Of a stretch of DNA of 64,000 nucleotides, positions 21,037 through 30,052 are shown one piece after another. Origin of the DNA: Candidatus Chisholmbacteria bacterium (GTDB lineage Bacteria; Patescibacteriota; Microgenomatia; UBA1400; Chisholmbacteraceae); NCBI GenBank assembly GCA_963704905.1, contig CAVPHZ010000002.1, positions 292,537 through 356,536 on the forward strand. Direction: 5' to 3'. Each line of letters begins with the position of its first letter. Position 1 is the stretch's first letter. The notes under the pieces were generated by a model. The model had not been told where the DNA came from. It made no database searches and was given only the letters and a program-made list of their open reading frames with translations. A program made the position numbers and the translations under genes.

Positions 21037-21369
21037 CTAATGGTAATCCGAACTATCACTTCTTTTAAGTCCAAAAAAACCAAAAAAACCGTAGAGTCCA
21101 AAAAACATTGGGCCGAATTGCGGTAGAAACCCAATCAAACCAAGCAAGCCAAGCCAACCAAGACTCCACAATTCAGCTAACGTACCCTTGCGCAGTGCAA
21201 CCAAGACTGTATAGAGCAAAAAACCGATAAAACTAAATCCAGAAATGAGAGCGAGTACAAAAAAGAAACCCCCCTCAACGTCTAGAATTGCACTTACGAC
21301 ATTGTGAAGAAAGGCAAAGAGTATAAATAGACCAAACAAGTAATAGATCCGTCGAATTGTATCCTTCAT
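21037..21369 (-). CDS. Hypothetical membrane protein
   Basis: Hydrophobic Gly/Phe-rich helices. Confidence 0.65.
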   Translation of the reverse strand: MKDTIRRIYYLFGLFILFAFLHNVVSAILDVEGGFFFVLALISGFSFIGFLLYTVLVALRKGTLAELWSLGWLGLLGLIGFLPQFGPMFFGLYGFFGFFGLKRSDSSDYH

Positions 21370-21463
21370 GGGTTCATTCTATCAGCGCTAAAGTCATGAA
21401 AGCAAGAAATCTGAATTATTGATCTGCGCTTACAAATAAAGCAGGTCAAGCGCATTGCTATCC

Positions 21464-22063
21464 TCACTGCACATGATCTCCTCTCAAACTAAATATTCCC
21501 AGCTCCTCTACTTCTGCAAACGCAATACCTCGCTCAACATCAATAGTTGTCGGTAAAGGGATCCAATGCAATGTAGCTGAATCCCACAAATACATTTGCA
21601 ACGTCTCTCGCCGAACCAGCTGCAATTCATCATGGGTGAACTGTTGAGCAACAACGATTGTCCTTTCAAAGCTTTCATTGCGTTGCCCCAGTGAATTCAC
21701 GCTCGAGAGCTTATAAATGTCATTCACTGGTCGGTGCAAAGTTGTAGTTCCAAACTGACGTTCAACGCGTTCAGCGCGGTAGGTACTCTTTGAAGCATCC
21801 TCGTCGTCAGAAACATAAACTGAAAAACGATCAAAAGAAGTTGTCCAAAGATCCTGGTCAAAGAGTTCAATAAATGTGAGTGACGCTGAATCATCCTTTT
21901 CCAGACCAACTTGGTTCTCAATCACAACATCCTCAGGCTCTGATGTTGATGCTGCCAGTTGTTGTTGTTGTTGTTGTAAAAAATAAGCAGTAAGAAGAAA
22001 GAAAACACTGAGTGTTATCGTAACGTACGCAATAAGAGTAGTGTTGTAGCGTCGTTGATACAC
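21464..22063 (-). CDS. Membrane-anchored hypothetical protein with C-terminal beta domain
   Basis: N-terminal TM helix. C-terminal LQMYLWD....WIPLPTTID...AEVEELGIFSL resembles surface-protein beta modules. Confidence 0.6.
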   Translation of the reverse strand: MYQRRYNTTLIAYVTITLSVFFLLTAYFLQQQQQQLAASTSEPEDVVIENQVGLEKDDSASLTFIELFDQDLWTTSFDRFSVYVSDDEDASKSTYRAERVERQFGTTTLHRPVNDIYKLSSVNSLGQRNESFERTIVVAQQFTHDELQLVRRETLQMYLWDSATLHWIPLPTTIDVERGIAFAEVEELGIFSLRGDHVQ

Positions 22064-22132
22064 AACCCCATTGTTCCAAACACGATTTAAGAAGTCAAAG
22101 CAAGATCCAACTGAAATATAAACCGAAAAGAA

Positions 22133-22687
22133 TTAATCAAAGAAGCCTAATGAACCAGCCCCAAGAAAAGAAATTAGAAGATATTTAACCAGCTGTCCAG
22201 CAAAAGTAACAAGCAGAAACTGAACAATTGGAAGCTGTGCAACCCCAGCAGCAATACCAGCCATATCAAAAAAAGGGTTTGGAATCGATGCCAGAACAAA
22301 CAAACCGACTAGACCATATTGCTTAAGGGTTCTCTGAATTTGCTGAAACCGCTTCTGATCACCGATAATCGCTTGCCCACCATAACCGGCCAAATACCCA
22401 GTGAGTTCTCCAAGAGCCGCCCCTGCCGCACCAACGATCCCTACCAGCAGTGGAGAAAATATTCCCCCTCCAACAAATGCGGTCAAAATTCCTGGAACTG
22501 GTAAAAAGATTGTCGCATTCCCAAGAAGTGACAGAAAAAATATCCCAACGTAGCCATAATTCTTGAGATATATGAGCTCTTCCTGGTAAATCAGTGCAAC
22601 AAGTCCCACCACCAACGAAAGACCCACACCAATGATAGTTAACAGTATGGACTGACGTTTAAAACGATCCTTTTTTTCTTTGCCCAT
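22133..22687 (-). CDS. DedA/VTT (SNARE-associated) membrane protein
   Basis: GYVGIF..SLLGNATIFLPVP, GAALGELTGYLAG, IPNPFFD.AGIAAG. Confidence 0.88.
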   Translation of the reverse strand: MGKEKKDRFKRQSILLTIIGVGLSLVVGLVALIYQEELIYLKNYGYVGIFFLSLLGNATIFLPVPGILTAFVGGGIFSPLLVGIVGAAGAALGELTGYLAGYGGQAIIGDQKRFQQIQRTLKQYGLVGLFVLASIPNPFFDMAGIAAGVAQLPIVQFLLVTFAGQLVKYLLISFLGAGSLGFFD

Positions 22688-22730
22688 ATTGAAAAGGCAG
22701 CAATAGAGACCTAAAAATCAAACCTCGTAC

Positions 22731-23153
22731 TCAGTTGACAATAATCGTGCCAGATTGACTTGAATTCTTATGATTATGAAAACCCCACCTGCCAGCCGTA
22801 TTAAATGTGAACGTGTATGTTGAACCTTTGCCCACCGCTTGGAGTTGATCAAATCCTGGCAGCAGCTGATGAGAAGGGTGCTCATCAGAGGCAACCCACA
22901 TTGGCTCATCGCTCTCATTTCGAAAGGTCACCGCCTCACCTGTTTTAATGGTAACTGAATTGGGTGAGAATCCATCCGAGGTATAACCAACTACCGCAGT
23001 TTCATTCATCACCGCTCGGCTACTTGGAGAGGTTTCTTGACTCGATTCGTCGCTAGATACTGGCTGATTTGTCTGAACTGTGGGTTTTTTCACACACCCT
23101 GATACCGCTAATCCAAAAACAAAGACAATGAAAATCCATTTAATATTTGACAT
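22731..23153 (-). CDS. Cupredoxin-fold lipoprotein
   Basis: Lipobox LAVSGC, FSPNSVTIKTGEAVTFRN, YTFTF..AG.W.FHNH. Confidence 0.8.
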   Translation of the reverse strand: MSNIKWIFIVFVFGLAVSGCVKKPTVQTNQPVSSDESSQETSPSSRAVMNETAVVGYTSDGFSPNSVTIKTGEAVTFRNESDEPMWVASDEHPSHQLLPGFDQLQAVGKGSTYTFTFNTAGRWGFHNHKNSSQSGTIIVN

Positions 23154-23182
23154 ATGAATTCACCCCCTCTCCCAATTCTCTC

Positions 23183-23890
23183 CTACTCTACTCGAATACG
23201 AACGCGTGCATTCTCCATACTACCAGAGAAGTTAAGAGATGTACGCATCTGCACCCGATAGACCTTTGATCCAGACGGTAAAGAGAGATTTGATGAGCTG
23301 CTATATTGGGGTGAGTTTCCGTCACCGACCAGAGTACTTCCACCAATTTCATACCCATCAGTGGCATTAAACAAACGTGCCTCAACCTGCCCGGATTGGA
23401 TTGAAAGTACCGCATCAAAAGTCACATTCGTAACACTTGGATAGTTGGATAGATCGAGTAAAACTTCAACAGCAGTATTTGTCCAGCTATAGTCTGCAGT
23501 CTGAACATTCGCACTCCCAAGCGGAATGAAATAGTCACGTACGTGCGGTAACAGTGTAGGGGTTACGATTGCAACCTCAGAGACATCCTCAGATACATGA
23601 GTAGGTGTGGGAGATAGTTGGGTTATAGTCGGAAAAACAACGTCAATTTCACTACTTTCACTTGCGACTTGTTGAGAATAGTCCGCCAATCTCTGGGTTA
23701 ATGACCAAACTTGGCTCTCAACTGCATCAATTCGTTCTGCTGAAGAACTTTTTTGACTACCAAAAAACTGCCAGAAATCCACAACTCCAAGGTTTACGAT
23801 GAGAAATAAAATAATAACCCACAACACACGTTGCTTCCAACGATCTTTTGGTTCTTCAATGGTGATGGCAGGTAGTTCTTGAGAGTCCAT
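23183..23890 (-). CDS. Membrane-anchored hypothetical protein with beta-sandwich C-terminus
   Basis: TM helix, Ser/Thr/Pro linker, beta-rich C-terminal domain. Confidence 0.6.
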   Translation of the reverse strand: MDSQELPAITIEEPKDRWKQRVLWVIILFLIVNLGVVDFWQFFGSQKSSSAERIDAVESQVWSLTQRLADYSQQVASESSEIDVVFPTITQLSPTPTHVSEDVSEVAIVTPTLLPHVRDYFIPLGSANVQTADYSWTNTAVEVLLDLSNYPSVTNVTFDAVLSIQSGQVEARLFNATDGYEIGGSTLVGDGNSPQYSSSSNLSLPSGSKVYRVQMRTSLNFSGSMENARVRIRVE

Positions 23891-23903
23891 ATATGGGGAA
23901 ATT

Positions 23904-25358
23904 TTATAGCTTTTTTACCTTAGTACCATCTGGGGTATCCTCAATTTCGTAACCGGAGCGGCTAATTGAATCACGAACTGTGTCAGCCTTATCAAATTCA
24001 CCTGCCGTTCGTAGCTCATCACGTTTTTGAATTAATTCTTGAACCTTCTTGGGTAGTTCATCATTGCGTAATAACGATGATTCCCAAGCACCCAAACCAA
24101 GACCGAGAACCTGGTCAAATTCCATCAAGAGATCAAACTTGTCATACCCTGGAATATTGCTTTTTACCACTTCCCAAACAATTCCCAATGCTTCAGGTAA
24201 ATGAAGATCTGTGGAGATCGCCTGTAAAAACCGCTGTTTGTATTTCTCAATTTTCTCCAACTTATCCTCAGAAAGAACGGTTCGTTCTTTCTCATGACGA
24301 AACTCAGTTACTGCGTTTCTCAAGCGCCCAAGAGCTTTGGCAGCTGAATCAAGCGACTCCCAAGTAAAATTGATCTGTTTTCGATAATGACCGGTAAGAA
24401 AAAAATATCTCAGTTCCATCGGTTCATACCCGTGCTTTTTAAGATCTTGAAGTTTATAGGCATTTCCAAGACTCTTACCCATGCGGCCGCCATCGATTTG
24501 CAAAAATGAACCATGTATCCAATAGTGTACAAACGGCGATTGACCTGTAGCCGCTTCTGACTGTGCAATTTCATTCGGGTGATGAGTGCTTCGAAGATCC
24601 TCTCCTCCGACATGGATGTCAAATTGCTTCCCTAAATACTTCATGCTCATTGCACTACACTCAATATGCCATCCAGGAAAACCTTTTACTTTACCCCGAG
24701 CACCAGGAGGGGCCCAGGGTGATTCCCATTCCATATCCCGCTTCTCTTTCTTTGGGCTAAACTTCCAAAGTGCAAAATCTCGTGGATCTTTTTTTTCAGG
24801 ATTCGGCTCAACCCGCGCACCTTCTTGGATCTGATCCAAAGTCGAGAGTTCTCCATAGGTATGACCGGTTTTCTCATACGCCCGGGTATCAAAATAAACT
24901 CCATCATTGATCAAATACGCAAATCCTCTCTTTTCAATTGCTTGTACTAGCTTGATCTGCTCAACAATATGATCAGTCGCTTTAGAGAATACTCGGGGCT
25001 CTGTGAGGTTCAGTTCTTTAAAACCTTGAAGAAAATCATCAGTATAAAACGTAGCTACCGCCCAGGCAGTCTTACCTTCCCGGCGTGCCCCTTTTTCAAG
25101 ACGATCTTCACCAGTATCAGCATCGCCGAGATTATCGCCGGTGAGATGTCCGACATCGGTAATATTCATGATGTAATCGACGTTATACCCCAAATACTGA
25201 AGAGTCCGTACTAAAAAATCACCAAGCGTATAGGTACGCCAGTTTCCAATAGTCATGTAGTCATACACCGTAGGACCACAAGTATAAATCCCAACTTTTG
25301 ACTTCGAGATTGGCGTAAAATCTTCAACAGTTCTGCTGAGCGAATTAAATATCTTCAT
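23904..25358 (-). CDS. cysS: Cysteine--tRNA ligase
   Basis: YTCGPTVYDY, DFALWK, PGWHIECSAMS, HHPNEIAQSE, RMGKSLGN. Confidence 0.98.
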   Translation of the reverse strand: MKIFNSLSRTVEDFTPISKSKVGIYTCGPTVYDYMTIGNWRTYTLGDFLVRTLQYLGYNVDYIMNITDVGHLTGDNLGDADTGEDRLEKGARREGKTAWAVATFYTDDFLQGFKELNLTEPRVFSKATDHIVEQIKLVQAIEKRGFAYLINDGVYFDTRAYEKTGHTYGELSTLDQIQEGARVEPNPEKKDPRDFALWKFSPKKEKRDMEWESPWAPPGARGKVKGFPGWHIECSAMSMKYLGKQFDIHVGGEDLRSTHHPNEIAQSEAATGQSPFVHYWIHGSFLQIDGGRMGKSLGNAYKLQDLKKHGYEPMELRYFFLTGHYRKQINFTWESLDSAAKALGRLRNAVTEFRHEKERTVLSEDKLEKIEKYKQRFLQAISTDLHLPEALGIVWEVVKSNIPGYDKFDLLMEFDQVLGLGLGAWESSLLRNDELPKKVQELIQKRDELRTAGEFDKADTVRDSISRSGYEIEDTPDGTKVKKL

Positions 25359-25588
25359 GAGTTGCGTGTAATCAAGTTTATATTGCTTTTTCTTTGAAGT
25401 AAATCATTTGCCATTTCACTTGCTTCACGAACCAGCTGGTCGTATCCGACACCATTCTTACAAATCGTGGTAATTTTATAAAGAGCGCTTCGATAATCAA
25501 CTTTCATTATCAGACTATTGCCACTTTTATCATTTAAATAGTAGTGCGCAACTCCTATATACAGTTCGTGAATAGATGAATATTTCAT
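25355..25588 (-). CDS. Small hypothetical protein translationally coupled to cysS
   Basis: 77-aa ORF whose stop overlaps the cysS ATG (ATGA). It starts 3 nt after the leader terminator U-tract. Confidence 0.65.
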   Translation of the reverse strand: MKYSSIHELYIGVAHYYLNDKSGNSLIMKVDYRSALYKITTICKNGVGYDQLVREASEMANDLLQRKSNINLITRNS

Positions 25589-25591
25589 ACC

Positions 25592-25616
25592 AAAAAAAAA
25601 CTCCCTTTATTGGGAG
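25592..25616 (-). terminator. Intrinsic terminator (attenuator) in the cysS operon leader
   Basis: Minus strand CTCCC-AATAAA-GGGAG followed by T9. Confidence 0.75.
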
Positions 25617-25648
25617 CGCTTTTATTAAATAAACAAGTGACTAGTTCA

Positions 25649-25714
25649 CTACAAAGCCTCCCCGCATTCGGCGAGTTCACAGCAACAACGTTGTAAGGTA
25701 GTTTTGAAATTCAT
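25649..25714 (-). CDS. Putative Cys-rich leader peptide MNFKTTLQRCCCELAECGEAL
   Basis: 22-codon ORF with tandem TGT TGC TGT plus a fourth TGC, located between the promoter and the terminator upstream of cysS. Confidence 0.8.
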   Translation of the reverse strand: MNFKTTLQRCCCELAECGEAL

Positions 25715-25723
25715 AATTCTAGA

Positions 25724-25752
25724 AGTATAAATCGAAAATGTTGTATTGTCAA
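25724..25752 (-). promoter_or_regulatory. Sigma70 promoter of the cysS leader
   Basis: TTGACA(25752-25747)-17 nt-TATACT(25729-25724). Confidence 0.8.
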
Positions 25753-25838
25753 TCAATTTCGGTGTTCTCAAATTGCCGTTCTCTTGAGTATACACTCTCT
25801 AAGTGCGGAATACTAGATACCTCATACTAAATCTATAA

Positions 25839-26348
25839 TTATTTCGGTTTCTTCGGACCAAATTCCCCAGCTCCTTTGGCTCTTTTTGCAGCTGTTACAG
25901 CCAATGCCTCATCCTTCCTCTGCTGTTCAATAACAGCAACTTGCCGTTCCTGTTGTTTCTGCTTTTCCTCATCTTCTTGCATTTGTCGTAGTCGTCTAGC
26001 TTCGTCCGCCTGTTTCCGCACTCTCTCACTAGCCTGAAAAATATTTTTATGAAGAATATTTCTCATCCGTTTGAGCTTCGCATCTTTTTCCGCTTGATAT
26101 TTCTGTCTTTGCAGATCCGTTTGACCGTGTGGTTGCTTCTGTTGATGTTGCTGCATAGAGCTTACGCTACTATACCCTTGCTCTTTGGCTGCTTCCTCTT
26201 GATCTTTTTGTTCCTTTTTCTCCTCATCCGTTTTTTCTCCTACCATCCGTTGAAACACGGTCTTTGGCGCTTGCTTCATCGCCTGCCCAGTCTGCTTCCC
26301 TTGTTCAAGAAGTTGTTCTCCAATATCACGACCAATTTGCCTGACCAT
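25839..26348 (-). CDS. Hypothetical charged coiled-coil protein
   Basis: Q/E/K/R-rich 169-aa ORF with extended -10 TGaTATACT upstream. Confidence 0.65.
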   Translation of the reverse strand: MVRQIGRDIGEQLLEQGKQTGQAMKQAPKTVFQRMVGEKTDEEKKEQKDQEEAAKEQGYSSVSSMQQHQQKQPHGQTDLQRQKYQAEKDAKLKRMRNILHKNIFQASERVRKQADEARRLRQMQEDEEKQKQQERQVAVIEQQRKDEALAVTAAKRAKGAGEFGPKKPK

Positions 26349-26406
26349 AGTTGTGTAGTAAGTATATCAGGGAAATGAAATCAGATAAAAGTAGGCAACA
26401 AATCCG

Positions 26407-26970
26407 TTATGAAGTCCGCTGTATATATTGCTTCGCTTCTTCGAGGATAAGTTCAACTAGCTCTTCAGGATCTGATGATCGTACAATAGAAGGTGGAGAT
26501 TTGTAGTTTTTTTCAATGATATCGTCTACAAGTTCCATTGTTCCCGATATTCCTGTTAATAGTCCAATTGGCTTTCTATGATCATAGGCAATCGTAAACT
26601 CGTTAAGCGTCCCTGTTCCTCCGCCAATGAAAATAACGGCATCAGATGATTGAACCAATAGGACATTCCTTCCCTTTAGTCCCAAACCTGTATAAATGAC
26701 ATATTTCCAGGCGTCCAGTGGTTTTTTAAATCGGGAAACATGCTCTTCCCTTCCTTCTGCGTGAGAAAAGCAAATGGATAAACCACCTACCAGCTTTGCG
26801 CCTTCGGCCGCCTCATACCCAACACCTCGCATTCCTCCGGTAATGACTGCGACACCCTGTTCTGCCAACAACCTTCCGATGGTTCTTGATACTTCTAGCG
26901 CCTTGCTTTCAAGTTTCTCGTCAGCAGAACCGCAAACACCGACCACGATGTTGTTTTGTAACTTAACCAT
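26407..26970 (-). CDS. SLOG/LOG family protein (TIGR00725-like)
   Basis: VGVCGS, ITGG..GV, YTGLG..GRNVLLVQSSDAVIFIGGGTGTLNEF.IA. Confidence 0.85.
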   Translation of the reverse strand: MVKLQNNIVVGVCGSADEKLESKALEVSRTIGRLLAEQGVAVITGGMRGVGYEAAEGAKLVGGLSICFSHAEGREEHVSRFKKPLDAWKYVIYTGLGLKGRNVLLVQSSDAVIFIGGGTGTLNEFTIAYDHRKPIGLLTGISGTMELVDDIIEKNYKSPPSIVRSSDPEELVELILEEAKQYIQRTS

Positions 26971-26973
26971 ATA

Positions 26974-27588
26974 CTATCTTTGTATTTCCTTCAGCTGATT
27001 TCCGGTCTCATTGAGGTACTTTCGGTTCCGTAATAGATCCTCCTCAATCAGCTGTCGTAGAAAAACCGCTCGAGGTACTTTTCGCTCCTTTGATACCCAA
27101 TCAAGAAACGCGTCAATTTCACTTGAGATAAAAAAGTTAAAACGGGTATCCGCAGTGTCCTTGGCATATTCAATATAATCTGTGAGCACCTTCTTTAAAG
27201 TATTCTCATCGTATTCAGCCAAATGAAGATAGTCATCACCAACAGATTGTAATATATGGGGTTCCCGTCCTTTTAAGAAAAGAACAATCGTTGGCTTGTT
27301 ATGAGCAATAGCATAGGAAACTTCTTGACCAAGACTAATGCTAGGATAAGATGCTTCAACTACAACAATATCTGCTTGATGTTTCCAAGCAATCATCTTG
27401 CGGTGCAGGGCAATGACTTCTCCGGTATTCTCCCATTTCTTATCGAGAAATTGCTTTGCATATTTCCCAAACAGGTGCTCTGCTATGACCCGATGCCCCA
27501 AGTCTTTTAATGTCTGAGTAATCTTAAGATACAATTCTCGATGGCTTTTTGGAGCCGATGAAATAGATGCTGAAAAATAAATTTTCAT
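26974..27588 (-). CDS. Nucleoside 2-deoxyribosyltransferase/DNPH1-like domain fused to a C-terminal ribbon-helix-helix
   Basis: MKIYFSASI...ADIVVVEASYPSISLGQEVSYA...KPTIVL, with C-terminal RFNFFISSEIDAFLDWVSKERKVPRAVFLRQLIEE. Confidence 0.75.
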   Translation of the reverse strand: MKIYFSASISSAPKSHRELYLKITQTLKDLGHRVIAEHLFGKYAKQFLDKKWENTGEVIALHRKMIAWKHQADIVVVEASYPSISLGQEVSYAIAHNKPTIVLFLKGREPHILQSVGDDYLHLAEYDENTLKKVLTDYIEYAKDTADTRFNFFISSEIDAFLDWVSKERKVPRAVFLRQLIEEDLLRNRKYLNETGNQLKEIQR

Positions 27589-27594
27589 ACTAAT

Positions 27595-28356
27595 TCAAGA
27601 AAAAACCACATAACAATCAGCACATCTTGGCTCATAAATGACGCTAGCCGATGGTGGCAGCAGTTCTGGATCGCCCACTGATGGCGGCCGACCATTCACG
27701 AGCCGCTGGCCGATTATAGCATTCCTTCTCCCGCATTTTTGACAGGTTGCTTGAAGATGAAACACTTTATCCGCTCGCTCTATCATGAGAGACGAAAGTA
27801 AAAACTCAGTTCCCGGACCCGTATAGAGCAGACCCATACCGACAAACCATCCTCCCCGCTCTTTAAATCTCTCTACCTCTTTTAAAAAAAGACTTTGCAT
27901 TTTATACGGAATAAACATGACTTCATCAACAATAACAACGTCGTTTTCATCAAACAGCTTTTGAATCTCATCCCGATTACTGAATGTAGCTACTGGAACT
28001 TTAGTTCCATTCTTTGAATAAAAGTATCCTTCAACAACATCCGATCGATTAACTTTTGGTTGTGCCTGAATAAACGACCGCGTCTTTCCCAGATACTTCG
28101 TCAAAGCAATTCCAGCGAGTGTCTTGCCGCTATGTAGAGGTCCATAGATATAAATGATTCCCCCTTGATCAAGGTTTGATGTATTTATTGTCTCAGCAAT
28201 ACTTCGCGCCACTTGCTTGGAGCGCTCATAGATATAATCAAAAAGATGCTTTTGTTCAGCGGGGACAGGAAGTTTGTGCGGTGGAATATGAAGATTCTTA
28301 TCTGATATTTGTTTTCTGTGTGAACGTTTGACAGTAGGCATAGCTGACCACCTCAA
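27595..28356 (-). CDS. tdk: Thymidine kinase (type II) homolog 1, N-terminally extended (start may be 28341)
   Basis: GPLHSGKT, VIVDEVMF, Zn lasso CQKC...YEPRCADC. Confidence 0.8.
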   Translation of the reverse strand: MRWSAMPTVKRSHRKQISDKNLHIPPHKLPVPAEQKHLFDYIYERSKQVARSIAETINTSNLDQGGIIYIYGPLHSGKTLAGIALTKYLGKTRSFIQAQPKVNRSDVVEGYFYSKNGTKVPVATFSNRDEIQKLFDENDVVIVDEVMFIPYKMQSLFLKEVERFKERGGWFVGMGLLYTGPGTEFLLSSLMIERADKVFHLQATCQKCGRRNAIIGQRLVNGRPPSVGDPELLPPSASVIYEPRCADCYVVFS

Positions 28357-28931
28357 CGCTTTCGAAATTCAGGATATTTTCGCATTTCTCTGCTGATGAG
28401 CTGTCGTAAATACACTGCCCGGGGAATTCTTCGTTTATTGGCAATCCAATCTAAATACGATGAGAGCTTACGAGAAATGAAGAAATTAAATCTGGTATCC
28501 ATTTGACCCGTGGCGTAGTCTATAAGTACCGGTATCTCGTTTTGGAGCTCGCTTGGATTATTGTAATTTACAACTTGAAACTTCTCATTTTGTTTGAGTG
28601 TAGTAAGTAAATGAGGGGTTTCCTCACCAGCATAAAAGGCTATTGTTGGTTTTCCGCTCTCAATAGCCACAGAAACCAAATAACCTACACTTGTACTTGT
28701 ATAAGATAAATCTGTAACTATCAGATCAGCAGATCTTATTCCAGCCAGAATTTGCTTATGAAACTTCACATCTCGAGAGTCATCCCAATTATCGATTTCG
28801 TCCTTTGTCACCCCCAATACATGATCTGCTTCAACAATATGGCCTTCATCCTGAAAATAACTCAATATTTGTTTATAATTTTTCTCGAATTTATCTTTAC
28901 CATGTATCGAAGCAATAAAAAATATCTTCAT
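28353..28931 (-). CDS. Second NDT/DNPH1-like + ribbon-helix-helix protein
   Basis: MKIFFIASI...ADLIVTDLSYTSTSVGYLVS.A...KPTI, with C-terminal RFNFFISRKLSSYLDWIANKRRIPRAVYLRQLISRE. Confidence 0.75.
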   Translation of the reverse strand: MKIFFIASIHGKDKFEKNYKQILSYFQDEGHIVEADHVLGVTKDEIDNWDDSRDVKFHKQILAGIRSADLIVTDLSYTSTSVGYLVSVAIESGKPTIAFYAGEETPHLLTTLKQNEKFQVVNYNNPSELQNEIPVLIDYATGQMDTRFNFFISRKLSSYLDWIANKRRIPRAVYLRQLISREMRKYPEFRKR

Positions 28932-30052
28932 TCCAACCACCTCAATCCGTGTGCCTGAATAAATTCACCCTCAAGTTGGTGAACGCGGTCAAATGCTATT
29001 TGACCTGCAATTCTGGGTGGGTTTCCAAGAACTAACCTTCCGTCAGTAGTTCGAAGCGAATCATTGCCATCTGGCTTATCTAAATCATGATACATTTCAT
29101 ATGTCACAATATTTACATTCATTTTAAATTGTTCCGCAACTTGAAGAACATTCTCAACACCCTGCTGAGCTACAACAGGAGCTATAATTTCGATCGAGGA
29201 CGGACGAACATCCTCTCTCGACCGCAGGAGGGTTAAAAACCCTATAGTTGTTTTGCCACTCACAATAGCTATCTCAAACATCCGCAGAGGTCCCTCTGAA
29301 GCACCAACGAGCAATCTGTCTACAGTAGGTCTAAAAGAGTCGCGCTGTAGGTTCATTCCTAATCCAAATTCACCGTTCATACGAGGAACTCTAGTACTGT
29401 TAATTGGAACGATACAACCGCTCGCAATATTTGGTAGTGCTTGCCGGGCACATAATGCAGCTCCCTTGAGAGGAACTAGAGTTGTTATACAATCAGCAAC
29501 AACATCATCATCACTCTCTAGTTTCTGTCTAGAGATATCTTGAGAAGATCCGTATGGTAGTGTGCTACTTAGTATTTCTAAGTACCTGATATATTTCTCA
29601 TGAATACCCATTGCCTGTAGTTGCTCTAAATCAGGGTCTGAAACATTTCTAGTGCTTTCCGCAATCTCAATTAACCCTGATAGTGCATACTTAGCGTCTT
29701 TCTCAAGACTCCTGGGAAGAACCCCAGGCTCCCTGGCTAGTATTCTAACCTGTTCGCTGCTATGTTTAATCCTTTTCTCTTCGGGAACACCTGATTGCTC
29801 ATACATACTACGAAAATTAAATCCTTCGAATTCGATGTATGAAAAAGTAAATACCTGAGGACTGTTTCTCGTTATATGTTCTTGAGAAGCATCACTGACT
29901 ACATGGGGAAACTCAGACGAAGCTTCAAAATACCGAAGAAGCTGAGTGTCGCTTATCCTAAATTCTTTTGGAAAATTTCCTTGATCTAACTCAGAACTTA
30001 GCGACGCAGTATGCTCTCTAAAAATCTGTTCGCTTTCAGTTTTTGTGCTCAA
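28928..30052 (-). CDS. Hypothetical protein with divergent type I PRTase (UPRTase-like) C-terminal domain
   Basis: TLVPLKGA, MFEIAIVSGKTT (cf. PRPP loop LLDPMLATGGS), IEIIAPVVAQQGVE (cf. lxxiAapeGi), terminal VLGN. Confidence 0.5.
   Translation of the reverse strand: MSTKTESEQIFREHTASLSSELDQGNFPKEFRISDTQLLRYFEASSEFPHVVSDASQEHITRNSPQVFTFSYIEFEGFNFRSMYEQSGVPEEKRIKHSSEQVRILAREPGVLPRSLEKDAKYALSGLIEIAESTRNVSDPDLEQLQAMGIHEKYIRYLEILSSTLPYGSSQDISRQKLESDDDVVADCITTLVPLKGAALCARQALPNIASGCIVPINSTRVPRMNGEFGLGMNLQRDSFRPTVDRLLVGASEGPLRMFEIAIVSGKTTIGFLTLLRSREDVRPSSIEIIAPVVAQQGVENVLQVAEQFKMNVNIVTYEMYHDLDKPDGNDSLRTTDGRLVLGNPPRIAGQIAFDRVHQLEGEFIQAHGLRWLE

Noticed and set aside
21957-21976. (CAA)n repeat encoding poly-Gln
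   Set aside because: A short in-frame linker repeat, not a contingency locus.
25592-25714. T-box riboswitch for cysS
   Set aside because: No UGGNACC T-box sequence or stem I, and the leader is too short. The leader-peptide model fits better.
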